Shown: positions 1 to 14,562 of the stretch, in pieces
How the letters are laid out: every line of letters starts with the position of its first letter
Position numbering within the stretch: position 1 is the first letter of the stretch
DNA from: Auanema rhodensis
Taxonomy: Eukaryota > Animalia > Nematoda
Assembly: GCA_964057225.1 (NCBI GenBank)
Contig: OZ059894.1
Coordinates: forward strand, 12,648,001-12,712,000
Direction of reading: 5' to 3'
DNA length: 64,000 nucleotides
Made by a program: the position numbers and the translations under genes
The notes under the pieces: model-generated
Told to the model about the DNA's origin: nothing
The model's database searches: none
What the model saw: the letters and a program-made list of their open reading frames with translations, nothing else

Positions 1-3000
1 CAAAATACGTGATTAAATGAAGAAAATAGAGTAAAATGAATTGGAATATTATAAAATATTTTCATGTTTTATTTCTTGAGTATCAAAATATTCAAACTTT
101 TTTTTTTCACTGTTCAAAATCTTAATTAACGAATGAATTGTTTCAAAACTATTGTAAAAATTTGAGATTGTTTCAAAATACGTGATTAAATGAAGAAAAT
201 AGAGTAAAATGAATTGGAAAATTATAAAATATTTTCATGTTTTATTTCTTGAGTTTCAAAATATTCAAACTTTTTTTTTTCACTGTTTAAAATCTTAATG
301 AACGAATGAATTGTTTCAAAACTATTATAAAAATATGAGATTGTTTCAAAATACGTGATTAAATGAAGAAAATGGAGTAAAATGAATTGGAAAATTATAA
401 AATATTTCCATGTTTTATTTTCTTAGTATCAGAAAATTCAAATTAAGATCGTTTTTAATGTTTCAAATCTCAATGAACGAATGAATTGTTTCAAAACTAT
501 TGTAAAAATATGAGATTGTTTCAAAATACGTGATTAAATGAAGAAAATGGAGTAAAATGAATTGGAAAATTATAAAATATTTCCATGTTTTATTTTCTTA
601 GTATCAGAAAATTCAAATTAAGATCGTTTTTAATGTTTCAAATCTTAATGAACGAATGAATTGTTTCGAAACTATTGTAAAAATATGAGATTGTTTCAAA
701 ATACGTGATTAAATGAAGAAAATAGAGTAAAATGAATTGGAATATTATAAAATATTTTCATGTTTTATTTCTTGAGTATCAAAATATTCAAACTTTTTTT
801 TTTCACTGTTTAAAATCTTGATGAACGAATGAATTGTTTCAAAACTATTGTAAAAATTTGAGATTGTTTCAAAATACGTGATTAAATGAAGAAAATAGAG
901 TAAAATGAATTGGAAAATTATAAAATATTTTCATGTTTTATTTCTTGAGTTTCAAAATATTCAAACTTTTTTTTTTCACTGTTTAAAATCTTAATGAACG
1001 AATGAATTGTTTCAAAACTATTGTAAAAATATGAGATTGTTTCAAAATACGTGATTAAATGAAGAAAATGGAGTAAAATGAATTGGAAAATTATAAAATA
1101 TTTCCATGTTTTATTTTCTTAGTATCAGAAAATTCAAATTAAGATCGTTTTTAATGTTTCAAATCTTAATGAACGAATTAATTGTTTCAAAACTATTGTA
1201 AAAATATGAGATTGTTTCAAAATACGTGATTAAATGAAGAAAATAGAGTAAAATGAATTGGAATATTATAAAATATTTTCATGTTTTATTTCTTGAGTAT
1301 CAAAATATTCAAACTTTTTTTTTTCACTGTTTAAAATCTTGATGAACGAATGAATTGTTTCAAAACTATTGTAAAAATTTGAGATTGTTTCAAAATACGT
1401 GATTAAATGAAGAAAATAGAGTAAAATGAATTGGAAAATTATAAAATATTTTCATGTTTTATTTCTTGAGTTTCAAAATATTCAAACTTTTTTTTTTCAC
1501 TGTTTAAAATCTTAATGAACGAATGAATTGTTTCAAAACTATTGTAAAAATATGAGATTGTTTCAAAATACGTGATTAAATGAAGAAAATGGAGTAAAAT
1601 GAATTGGAAAATTATAAAATATTTCCATGTTTTATTTTCTTAGTATCAGAAAATTCAAATTAAGATCGTTTTTAATGTTTCAAATCTTAATGAACGAATT
1701 AATTGTTTCAAAACTATTGTAAAAATATGAGATTGTTTCAAAATACGTGATTAAATGAAGAAAATGGAGTAAAATGAATTGGAAAATTATAAAATATTTC
1801 CATGTTTTATTTTCTTAGTATCAGAAAATTCAAATTAAGATCGTTTTTAATGTTTCAAATCTTAATGAACGAATTAATTGTTTCAAAACTATTGTAAAAA
1901 TTTGAGATTGTTTCAAAATACGTGATTAAATGAAGAAAATGGAGTAAAATGAATTGGAAAATTATAAAATATTCCCATGTTTTATTTTCTTAGTATCAGA
2001 AAATTCAAATTGAGATCGTTTTTAATGTTTCAAATCTTAATGAACGAATGAATTGTTTCGAAACTATTGTAAAAATATGAGATTGTTTCAAAATACGTGA
2101 TTAAATGAAGAAAATAGAGTAAAATGAATTGGAATATTATAAAATATTTTCATGTTTTATTTCTTGAGTATCAAAATATTCAAACTTTTTTTTTTCACTG
2201 TTTAAAATCTTAATGAACGAATGAATTGTTTCAAAACTATTGTAAAAATTTGAGATTGTTTCAAAATACGTGATTAAATGAAGAAAATAGAGTAAAATGA
2301 ATTGGAAAATTATAAAATATTTTCATGTTTTATTTCTTGAGTTTCAAAATATTCAAACTTTTTTTTTTCACTGTTTAAAATCTTAATGAACGAATGAATT
2401 GTTTCAAAACTATTGTAAAAATATGAGATTGTTTCAAAATACGTGATTAAATGAAGAAAATGGAGTAAAATGAATTGGAAAATTATAAAATATTTCCATG
2501 TTTTATTTTCTTAGTATCAGAAAATTCAAATTAAGATCGTTTTTAATGTTTCAAATCTCAATGAACGAATGAATTGTTTCAAAACTATTGTAAAAATATG
2601 AGATTGTTTCAAAATACGTGATTAAATGAAGAAAATGGAGTAAAATGAATTGGAAAATTATAAAATATTTTCATGTTTTATTTCTTGAGTATCAAAATAT
2701 TTAAACTTTTTTTTTTCACTGTTTAAAATCTTACAGAACGAATGAATTGTTTCAAAACTATTGTAAACATTTGAGATTGTTTCAAAATACGTGATTAAAT
2801 GAAGAAAATGGAGTAAAATAAATTGGAAAATTATAAAATATTTCCATGTTTTATTTTCTTAGTATCAGAAAATTCAAATTAAGATCGTTTTTAATGTTTC
2901 AAATCTCAATAAACAAATGAATTGTTTCAAAACTATTGTAAAAATATGAGATTGTTTCAAAATACGTGATTAAATGAAGAAAATAGAGTAAAATGAATTG

Positions 3001-6000
3001 GAAAATTATAAAATATTTTCATGTTTTATTTCTTGAGTTTCAAAATATTCAAACTTTTTTTTTTCACTGTTTAAAATCTTAATGAACAAATTAATTGTTT
3101 CAAAACTATTGTAAAAATATGAGATTGTTTCAAAATACGTGATTAAATGAAGGAAATGGAGTAAAATGAATTGGAAAATTATAAAATATTTTCATGTTTT
3201 ATTTCTTGAGTTTCAAAATATTCAAACTTTTTTTTTTCACTGTTCAAAATCTTAATGAACGAATGAATTGTTTCAAAACTATTGTAAAAATTTGAGATTG
3301 TTTCAAAATACGTGATTAAATGAAGAAAATGGAGTAAAATGAATTGGAAAATTATAAAATATTTCCATGTTTTATTTTTTTAGTATCAGAAAATTCAAAT
3401 TAAGATCGTTTTTAATGTTTCAAATCTCAATGAACGAATGAATTGTTTCAAAACTATTGTAAAAATATGAGATTGTTTCAAAATACGTGATTAAATGAAG
3501 AAAATAGAGTAAAATGAATTGGAATATTATAAAATATTTTCATGTTTTATTTCTTGAGTATCAAAATATTCAAACTTTTTTTTTTCACTGTTTAAAATCT
3601 TAATGAACGAATGAATTGTTTCAAAACTATTGTAAAAATATGAGATTGTTTCAAAATACGTGATTAAATGAAGAAAATGGAGTAAAATGAATTGGAAAAT
3701 TATAAAATATTTCCATGTTTTATTTTCTTAGTATCAGAAAATTCAAATTAAGATCGTTTTTAATGTTTCAAATCTTAATGAACGAATGAATTGTTTCGAA
3801 ACTATTGTAAAAATATGAGATTGTTTCAAAATACGTGATTAAATGAAGAAAATAGAGTAAAATGAATTGGAATATTATAAAATATTTTCATGTTTTATTT
3901 CTTGAGTATCAAAATATTCAAACTTTTTTTTTTCACTGTTCAAAATCTTAATGAACGAATGAATTGTTTCAAAACTATTGTAAAAATTTGAGATTGTTTC
4001 AAAATACGTGATTAAATGAAGAAAATAGAGTAAAATGAATTGGAAAATTATAAAATATTTTCATGTTTTATTTCTTGAGTTTCAAAATATTCAAACTTTT
4101 TTTTTTCACTGTTTAAAATCTTAATGAACGAATGAATTGTTTCAAAACTATTATAAAAATATGAGATTGTTTCAAAATACGTGATTAAATGAAGAAAATG
4201 GAGTAAAATGAATTGGAAAATTATAAAATATTTCCATGTTTTATTTTCTTAGTATCAGAAAATTCAAATTAAGATCGTTTTTAATGTTTCAAATCTCAAT
4301 GAACGAATGAATTGTTTCAAAACTATTGTAAAAATATGAGATTGTTTCAAAATACGTGATTAAATGAAGAAAATGGAGTAAAATGAATTGGAAAATTATA
4401 AAATATTTCCATGTTTTATTTTCTTAGTATCAGAAAATTCAAATTAAGATCGTTTTTAATGTTTCAAATCTTAATGAACGAATGAATTGTTTCAAAACTA
4501 TTGTAAAAATTTGAGATTGTTTCAAAATACGTGATTAAATGAAGAAAATAGAGTAAAATGAATTGGAAAATTATAAAATATTTTCATGTTTTATTTCTTG
4601 AGTTTCAAAATATTCAAACTTTTTTTTTTCACTGTTTAAAATCTTAATGAACGAATGAATTGTTTCAAAACTATTGTAAAAATATGACATTGTTTCAAAA
4701 TACGTGATTAAATGAAGAAAATGGAGTAAAATGAATTGGAAAATTATAAAATATTTCCATGTTTTATTTTCTTAGTATCAGAAAATTAAAATTAAGATCG
4801 TTTTTAATGTTTCAAATCTTAATGAACGAATTAATTGTTTCAAAACTATTGTAAAAATATGAGATTGTTTCAAAATACGTGATTAAATGAAGAAAATAGA
4901 GTAAAATGAATTGGAATATTATAAAATATTTTCATGTTTTATTTCTTGAGTATCAAAATATTCAAACTTTTTTTTTTCACTGTTCAAAATCTTAATGAAC
5001 GAATGAATTGTTTCAAAACTATTGTAAAAATTTGAGATTGTTTCAAAATACGTGATTAAATGAAGAAAATAGAGTAAAATGAATTGGAAAATTATAAAAT
5101 ATTTTCATGTTTTATTTCTTGAGTTTCAAAATATTCAAACTTTTTTTTTTCACTGTTTAAAATCTTAATGAACAAATGAATTGTTTCAAAACTATTATAA
5201 AAATATGAGATTGTTTCAAAATACGTGATTAAATGAAGAAAATGGAGTAAAATGAATTGGAAAATTATAAAATATTTCCATGTTTTATTTTCTTAGTATC
5301 AGAAAATTCAAATTAAGATCGTTTTTAATGTTTCAAATCTCAATGAACGAATGAATTGTTTCAAAACTATTGTAAAAATATGAGATTGTTTCAAAATACG
5401 TGATTAAATGAAGAAAATGGAGTAAAATGAATTGGAAAATTATAAAATATTTTCATGTTTTATTTCTTGAGTTTCAAAATATTCAAACTTTTTTTTTTCA
5501 CTGTTTAAAATCTTAATGAACGAATGAATTGTTTCAAAACTATTGTAAAAATATGAGATTGTTTCAAAATACGTGATTAAATGAAGAAAATGGAGTAAAA
5601 TGAATTGGAAAATTATAAAATATTTCCATGTTTTATTTTTTTAGTATCAGAAAATTCAAATTAAGATCGTTTTTAATGTTTCAAATCTCAATGAACGAAT
5701 GAATTGTTTCAAAACTATTGTAAAAATATGAGATTGTTTCAAAATACGTGATTAAATGAAGAAAATAGAGTAAAATGAATTGGAATATTATAAAATATTT
5801 TCATGTTTTATTTCTTGAGTATCAAAATATTCAAACTTTTTTTTTTCACTGTTTAAAATCTTAATGAACGAATGAATTGTTTCAAAACTATTGTAAAAAT
5901 ATGAGATTGTTTCAAAATACGTGATTAAATGAAGAAAATGGAGTAAAATGAATTGGAAAATTATAAAATATTTCCATGTTTTATTTTCTTAGTATCAGAA

Positions 6001-9000
6001 AATTCAAATTAAGATCGTTTTTAATGTTTCAAATCTTAATGAACGAATGAATTGTTTCGAAACTATTGTAAAAATATGAGATTGTTTCAAAATACGTGAT
6101 TAAATGAAGAAAATAGAGTAAAATGAATTGGAAAATTATAAAATATTTTCATGTTTTATTTCTTGAGTTTCAAAATATTCAAACTTTTTTTTTTCACTGT
6201 TTAAAATCTTAATGAACGAATGAATTGTTTCAAAACTATTATAAAAATATGAGATTGTTTCAAAATACGTGATTAAATGAAGAAAATAGAGTAAAATGAA
6301 TTGGAAAATTATAAAATATTTTCATGTTTTATTTCTTGAGTTTCAAAATATTCAAACTTTTTTTTTTCACTGTTTAAAATCTTAATGAACGAATTAATTG
6401 TTTCAAAACTATTGTAAAAATATGAGATTGTTTCAAAATACGTGATTAAATGAAGGAAATGGAGTAAAATGAATTGGAAAATTATAAAATATTTTCATGT
6501 TTTATTTCTTGAGTTTCAAAATATTCAAACTTTTTTTTTTCACTGTTCAAAATCTTAATGAACGAATGAATTGTTTCAAAACTATTGTAAAAATTTGAGA
6601 TTGTTTCAAAATACGTGATTAAATGAAGAAAATGGAGTAAAATGAATTGGAAAATTATAAAATATTTCCATGTTTTATTTTTTTAGTATCAGAAAATTCA
6701 AATTAAGATCGTTTTTAATGTTTCAAATCTCAATGAACGAATGAATTGTTTCAAAACTATTGTAAAAATATGAGATTGTTTCAAAATACGTGATTAAATG
6801 AAGAAAATAGAGTAAAATGAATTGGAATATTATAAAATATTTTCATGTTTTATTTCTTGAGTATCAAAATATTCAAACTTTTTTTTTTCACTGTTTAAAA
6901 TCTTAATGAACGAATGAATTGTTTCAAAACTATTGTAAAAATATGAGATTGTTTCAAAATACGTGATTAAATGAAGAAAATGGAGTAAAATGAATTGGAA
7001 AATTATAAAATATTTCCATGTTTTATTTTCTTAGTATCAGAAAATTCAAATTAAGATCGTTTTCAATGTTTCAAATCTTAATGAACGAATTAATCGTTTC
7101 AAAACTATTGTAAAAATATGAGATTGTTTCAAAATACGTGATTAAATGAAGAAAATAGAGTAAAATGAATTGGAATATTATAAAATATTTTCATGTTTTA
7201 TTTCTTGAGTATCAAAATATTTAAACTTTTTTTTTTCACTGTTTAAAATCTTAATGAACGAATGAATTGTTTCAAAACTATTGTAAAAATATGAGATTGT
7301 TTCAAAATACGTGATTAAATGAAGAAAATGGAGTAAAATGAATTGGAAAATTATAAAATATTTTCATGTTTTATTTCTTGAGTTTCAAAATATTCAAACT
7401 TTTTTTTTTCACTGTTTAAAATCTTACAGAACGAATGAATTGTTTCAAAACTATTGTAAAAATATGAGATTGTTTCAAAATACGTGATTAAATGAAGAAA
7501 ATAGAGTAAAATGAATTGGAATATTATAAAATATTTTCATGTTTTATTTCTTGAGTATCAAAATATTCAAACTTTTTTTTTTCACTGTTCAAAATCTTAA
7601 TGAACGAATGAATTGTTTCAAAACTATTGTAAAAATTTGAGATTGTTTCAAAATACGTGATTAAATGAAGAAAATAGAGTAAAATGAATTGGAAAATTAT
7701 AAAATATTTTCATGTTTTATTTCTTGAGTTTCAAAATATTCAAACTTTTTTTTTTCACTGTTTAAAATCTTAATGAACGAATGAATTGTTTCAAAACTAT
7801 TATAAAAATATGAGATTGTTTCAAAATACGTGATTAAATGAAGAAAATGGAGTAAAATGAATTGGAAAATTATAAAATATTTCCATGTTTTATTTTCTTA
7901 GTATCAGAAAATTCAAATTAAGATCGTTTTTAATGTTTCAAATCTCAATGAACGAATGAATTGTTTCAAAACTATTGTAAAAATATGAGATTGTTTCAAA
8001 ATACGTGATTAAATGAAGAAAATGGAGTAAAATGAATTGGAAAATTATAAAATATTTCCATGTTTTATTTTCTTAGTATCAGAAAATTCAAATTAAGATC
8101 GTTTTTAATGTTTCAAATCTTAATGAACGAATGAATTGTTTCAAAACTATTGTAAAAATATGAGATTGTTTCAAAATACGTGATTAAATGAAGAAAATGG
8201 AGTAAAATGAATTGGAAAATTATAAAATATTTTCATGTTTTATTTCTTGAGTTTCAAAATATTCAAACTTTTTTTTTTCACTGTTTAAAATCTTAATGAA
8301 CGAATGAATTGTTTCAAAACTATTGTAAAAATATGAGATTGTTTCAAAATACGTGATTAAATGAAGAAAATGGAGTAAAATGAATTGGAAAATTATAAAA
8401 TATTTCCATGTTTTATTTTCTTAGTATCAGAAAATTCAAATTAAGATCGTTTTTAATGTTTCAAATCTTAATGAACGAATTAATTGTTTCAAAACTATTG
8501 TAAAAATATGAGATTGTTTCAAAATACGTGATTAAATGAAGAAAATAGAGTAAAATGAATTGGAATATTATAAAATATTTTCATGTTTTATTTCTTGAGT
8601 ATCAAAATATTCAAACTTTTTTTTTTCACTGTTTAAAATCTTAACGAACGAATGAATTGTTTCAAAACTATTGTAAAAATATGAGATTGTTTCAAAATAC
8701 GTGATTAAATGAAGAAAATAGAGTAAAATGAATTGGAATATTATAAAATATTTTCATGTTTTATTTCTTGAGTATCAAAATATTCAAACTTTTTTTTTTC
8801 ACTGTTTAAAATCTTAATGAACGAATGAATTGTTTCAAAACTATTGTAAAAATATGAGATTGTTTCAAAATACGTGATTAAATGAAGAAAATGGAGTAAA
8901 ATGAATTGGAAAATTATAAAATATTTCCATGTTTTATTTTCTTAGTATCAGAAAATTCAAATTAAGATCGTTTTTAATGTTTCAAATCTTAATGAACGAA

Positions 9001-12000
9001 TGAATTGTTTCGAAACTATTGTAAAAATATGAGATTGTTTCAAAATACGTGATTAAATGAAGAAAATAGAGTAAAATGAATTGGAAAATTATAAAATATT
9101 TTCATGTTTTATTTCTTGAGTTTCAAAATATTCAAACTTTTTTTTTTCACTGTTTAAAATCTTAATGAACGAATGAATTGTTTCAAAACTATTATAAAAA
9201 TATGAGATTGTTTCAAAATACGTGATTAAATGAAGAAAATAGAGTAAAATGAATTGGAAAATTATAAAATATTTTCATGTTTTATTTCTTGAGTTTCAAA
9301 ATATTCAAACTTTTTTTTTTCACTGTTTAAAATCTTAATGAACGAATTAATTGTTTCAAAACTATTGTAAAAATATGAGATTGTTTCAAAATACGTGATT
9401 AAATGAAGGAAATGGAGTAAAATGAATTGGAAAATTATAAAATATTTTCATGTTTTATTTCTTGAGTTTCAAAATATTCAAACTTTTTTTTTTCACTGTT
9501 CAAAATCTTAATGAACGAATGAATTGTTTCAAAACTATTGTAAAAATTTGAGATTGTTTCAAAATACGTGATTAAATGAAGAAAATGGAGTAAAATGAAT
9601 TGGAAAATTATAAAATATTTCCATGTTTTATTTTTTTAGTATCAGAAAATTCAAATTAAGATCGTTTTTAATGTTTCAAATCTCAATGAACGAATGAATT
9701 GTTTCAAAACTATTGTAAAAATATGAGATTGTTTCAAAATACGTGATTAAATGAAGAAAATAGAGTAAAATGAATTGGAATATTATAAAATATTTTCATG
9801 TTTTATTTCTTGAGTATCAAAATATTCAAACTTTTTTTTTTCACTGTTTAAAATCTTAATGAACGAATGAATTGTTTCAAAACTATTGTAAAAATATGAG
9901 ATTGTTTCAAAATACGTGATTAAATGAAGAAAATGGAGTAAAATGAATTGGAAAATTATAAAATATTTCCATGTTTTATTTTCTTAGTATCAGAAAATTC
10001 AAATTAAGATCGTTTTCAATGTTTCAAATCTTAATGAACGAATTAATCGTTTCAAAACTATTGTAAAAATATGAGATTGTTTCAAAATACGTGATTAAAT
10101 GAAGAAAATAGAGTAAAATGAATTGGAATATTATAAAATATTTTCATGTTTTATTTCTTGAGTATCAAAATATTTAAACTTTTTTTTTTCACTGTTTAAA
10201 ATCTTAATGAACGAATGAATTGTTTCAAAACTATTGTAAAAATATGAGATTGTTTCAAAATACGTGATTAAATGAAGAAAATGGAGTAAAATGAATTGGA
10301 AAATTATAAAATATTTTCATGTTTTATTTCTTGAGTTTCAAAATATTCAAACTTTTTTTTTTCACTGTTTAAAATCTTACAGAACGAATGAATTGTTTCA
10401 AAACTATTGTAAAAATATGAGATTGTTTCAAAATACGTGATTAAATGAAGAAAATAGAGTAAAATGAATTGGAATATTATAAAATATTTTCATGTTTTAT
10501 TTCTTGAGTATCAAAATATTCAAACTTTTTTTTTTCACTGTTCAAAATCTTAATGAACGAATGAATTGTTTCAAAACTATTGTAAAAATTTGAGATTGTT
10601 TCAAAATACGTGATTAAATGAAGAAAATAGAGTAAAATGAATTGGAAAATTATAAAATATTTTCATGTTTTATTTCTTGAGTTTCAAAATATTCAAACTT
10701 TTTTTTTTCACTGTTTAAAATCTTAATGAACGAATGAATTGTTTCAAAACTATTATAAAAATATGAGATTGTTTCAAAATACGTGATTAAATGAAGAAAA
10801 TGGAGTAAAATGAATTGGAAAATTATAAAATATTTCCATGTTTTATTTTCTTAGTATCAGAAAATTCAAATTAAGATCGTTTTTAATGTTTCAAATCTCA
10901 ATGAACGAATGAATTGTTTCAAAACTATTGTAAAAATATGAGATTGTTTCAAAATACGTGATTAAATGAAGAAAATGGAGTAAAATGAATTGGAAAATTA
11001 TAAAATATTTCCATGTTTTATTTTCTTAGTATCAGAAAATTCAAATTAAGATCGTTTTTAATGTTTCAAATCTTAATGAACGAATGAATTGTTTCAAAAC
11101 TATTGTAAAAATTTGAGATTGTTTCAAAATACGTGATTAAATGAAGAAAATAGAGTAAAATGAATTGGAAAATTATAAAATATTTTCATGTTTTATTTCT
11201 TGAGTTTCAAAATATTCAAACTTTTTTTTTTCACTGTTTAAAATCTTAATGAACGAATGAATTGTTTCAAAACTATTGTAAAAATATGAGATTGTTTCAA
11301 AATACGTGATTAAATGAAGAAAATGGAGTAAAATGAATTGGAAAATTATAAAATATTTCCATGTTTTATTTTCTTAGTATCAGAAAATTCAAATTAAGAT
11401 CGTTTTTAATGTTTCAAATCTTAATGAACGAATTAATTGTTTCAAAACTATTGTAAAAATATGAGATTGTTTCAAAATACGTGATTAAATGAAGAAAATA
11501 GAGTAAAATGAATTGGAATATTATAAAATATTTTCATGTTTTATTTCTTGAGTATCAAAATATTCAAACTTTTTTTTTTCACTGTTCAAAATCTTAATGA
11601 ACGAATGAATTGTTTCAAAACTATTGTAAAAATTTGAGATTGTTTCAAAATACGTGATTAAATGAAGAAAATAGAGTAAAATGAATTGGAATATTATAAA
11701 ATATTTTCATGTTTTATTTCTTGAGTATCAAAATATTCAAACTTTTTTTTTTCACTGTTTAAAATCTTAATGAACGAATGAATTGTTTCAAAACTATTGT
11801 AAAAATATGAGATTGTTTCAAAATACGTGATTAAATGAAGAAAATGGAGTAAAATGAATTGGAAAATTATAAAATATTTTCATGTTTTATTTCTTGAGTT
11901 TCAAAATATTCAAACTTTTTTTTTCACTATTCAAAATCTTAATGAACGAATGAATTGTTTCAAAACTATTGTAAAAATATGAGATTGTTTCAAAATACGT

Positions 12001-12686
12001 GATTAAATGAAGAAAATGGAGTAAAATGAATTGGAAAATTATAAAATATTTCCATGTTTTATTTTTTTAGTATCAGAAAATTCAAATTAAGATCGTTTTT
12101 AATGTTTCAAATCTCAATGAACGAATGAATTGTTTCAAAACTATTGTAAAAATATGAGATTGTTTCAAAATACGTGATTAAATGAAGAAAATGGAGTAAA
12201 ATGAATTGGAAAATTATAAAATATTTTCATGTTTTATTTCTTGAGTTTCAAAATATTCAAACTTTTTTTTTTCACTGTTTAAAATCTTAATGAACGAATG
12301 AATTGTTTCAAAACTATTGTAAAAATATGAGATTGTTTCAAAATACGTGATTAAATGAAGAAAATGGAGTAAAATGAATTGGAAAATTATAAAATATTTT
12401 CATGTTTTATTTCTTGAGTTTCAAAATATTCAAACTTTTTTTTTTCACTGTTTAAAATCTTAATGAACGAATGAATTGTTTCAAAACTATTGTAAAAATA
12501 TGAGATTGTTTCAAAATACGTGATTAAATGAAGAAAATGGAGTAAAATGAATTGGAAAATTATAAAATATTTCCATGTTTTATTTTTTTAGTATCAGAAA
12601 ATTCAAATTAAGATCGTTTTTAATGTTTCAAATCTCAATGAACGAATGAATTGTTTCAAAACTATTGTAAAAATATGAGATTGTTT

Positions 12687-13560
12687 CAAAATACGTGATC
12701 AAATGAAGAAAATAGAGTAAAATGAATTGGAAAATTATAAAATATTTTCATGTTTTATTTTTTGAGTATCAAAATATTTGAAATTATAACTTCTTTACTG
12801 TTAAAAACATTATTAACTGGATGATTTGTTTCGAAATTATTGTAAAAATATGAGATTGTTTCAAAATACGTGATTAAATGAAGAAAATAGAGTAAAATGA
12901 ATTGGAAAATTTTAAAATATTTTCATGTTTTATTTTTTGAGTATCGAAATATTTAAAATTATATCTTCTTTACTGTTAAAAACATTATTAAATGAATGAT
13001 TTGTTTCGAAATTATTGTAAAAATTTGAGATTGTTTCAAAATACGTGATTAAATGAAGAAAATGGAGTAAAATGAATTGGAAAATTATAAAATATTTTCA
13101 TGTTTCATTTTTTGAGTATCAAATAAATTAAAATTATATCTACTTTACTGTTAAAAACATTATTAACTGGATTATTTATTTCGAAATTATTGTAAAATTT
13201 AAAATTGTTCCAAGAAACATAATTAAATGAAGAAAATAGAGTAAAATGAATTGGAAAATTTTAAAATATTTTCATGTTTTATTTTTTGAGTATCGAAATA
13301 TTTAAAATTATATCTTCTTTACTGTTAAAAACATTATTAAATGAATGATTTGTTTCGAAATTATTGTAAAAATATGAGATTGTTTCAAAATACGTGATTA
13401 AATGAAGAAAATAGAGTAAAATGAATTGGAAAATTTTAAAATATTTTCATGTTTTATTTTTTGAGTATCGAAATATTTAAAATTATATCTTCTTTACTGT
13501 TAAAAACATTATTAAATGAATGATTTGTTTCGAAATTATTGTAAAAATTTGAGATTGTTT
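12687..13560. repeat. First block of divergent type-C satellite monomers
   Basis: These monomers keep the conserved block but have a different variable segment (AAATTATA(A/T)CTTCTTTACTGTTAAAAACATTATTAA). One monomer begins CAAGAAACATAATTAAATG instead of CAAAATACGTGATTAAATG. Confidence 0.9.
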
Positions 13561-14557
13561 CAAAATACGTGATTAAATGAAGAAAATGGAGTAAAATGAA
13601 TTGGAAAATTATAAAATATTTCCATGTTTTATTTTCTTAGTATCAGAAAATTCAAATTAAGATCGTTTTTAATGTTTCAAATCTTAATGAACGAATTAAT
13701 TGTTTCAAAACTATTGTAAAAATATGAGATTGTTTCAAAATACGTGATTAAATGAAGGAAATGGAGTAAAATGAACTGGAAAAATATAAAATATTTTCAT
13801 GTTTTATTTCTTGAGTTTCAAAATATTCAAACTTTTTTTTTTCACTGTTCAAAATCTTAATGAACGAATGAATTGTTTCAAAACTATTGTAAAAATTTGA
13901 GATTGTTTCAAAATACGTGATTAAATGAAGAAAATGGAGTAAAATGAATTGGAAAATTATAAAATATTTCCATGTTTTATTTTTTTAGTATCAGAAAATT
14001 CAAATTAAGATCGTTTTTAATGTTTCAAATCTCAATGAACGAATGAATTGTTTCAAAACTATTGTGAAAATATGAGATTGTTTCAAAATACGTGATTAAA
14101 TGAAGAAAATGGAGTAAAATGAATTGGAAAATTATAAAATATTTTCATGTTTTATTTCTTGAGTATCAAAATATTCAAAATTATATCTTTTTTACTGTTA
14201 AAAACATTATTAACTGGATGATTTGTTTCGAAATTATTGCAAAAATATGAGATTGTTTCAAAATACGTGATTAAATGAAGAAAATGGAGTAAAATGAATT
14301 GGAAAATTATAAAATATTTTCCTGTTTTATTTCTTGAGTTTCAAAATATTCAAACTTTTTTTTTTCACTGTTTAAAATCTTAATGAACGAATGAATTGTT
14401 TCAAAACTATTGTAAAAATATGAGATTGTTTCAAAATACGTGATTAAATGAAGAAAATAGAGTAAAATGAATTGGAATATTATAAAATATTTTCATGTTT
14501 TATTTCTTGAGTATCAAAATATTCAAACTTTTTTTTTTCACTGTTTAAAATCTTAAT

Positions 14558-14562
14558 GAACG
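14558..14562 (+). other. 5-bp target-site duplication GAACG (left copy)
   Basis: GAACG immediately precedes the 5' LTR and recurs at 21429-21433 immediately after the 3' LTR. Uninterrupted monomers read CTTAATGAACGAATG. Confidence 0.97.

Larger units (their letters stand above)
1..14562. repeat. Tandem satellite array, 173-175 bp monomers (about 84 copies), left segment
   Basis: CAAAATACGTGATTAAATGAAG recurs at 1, 174, 347, 522, 697 and so on. Type A monomers (CAAAC-T10-CACTG) are 173 bp and type B monomers (AAATTAAGATCGTTTTTAATG) are 175 bp. All are in the same orientation. Type C monomers first appear at 12687. Confidence 0.99.
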
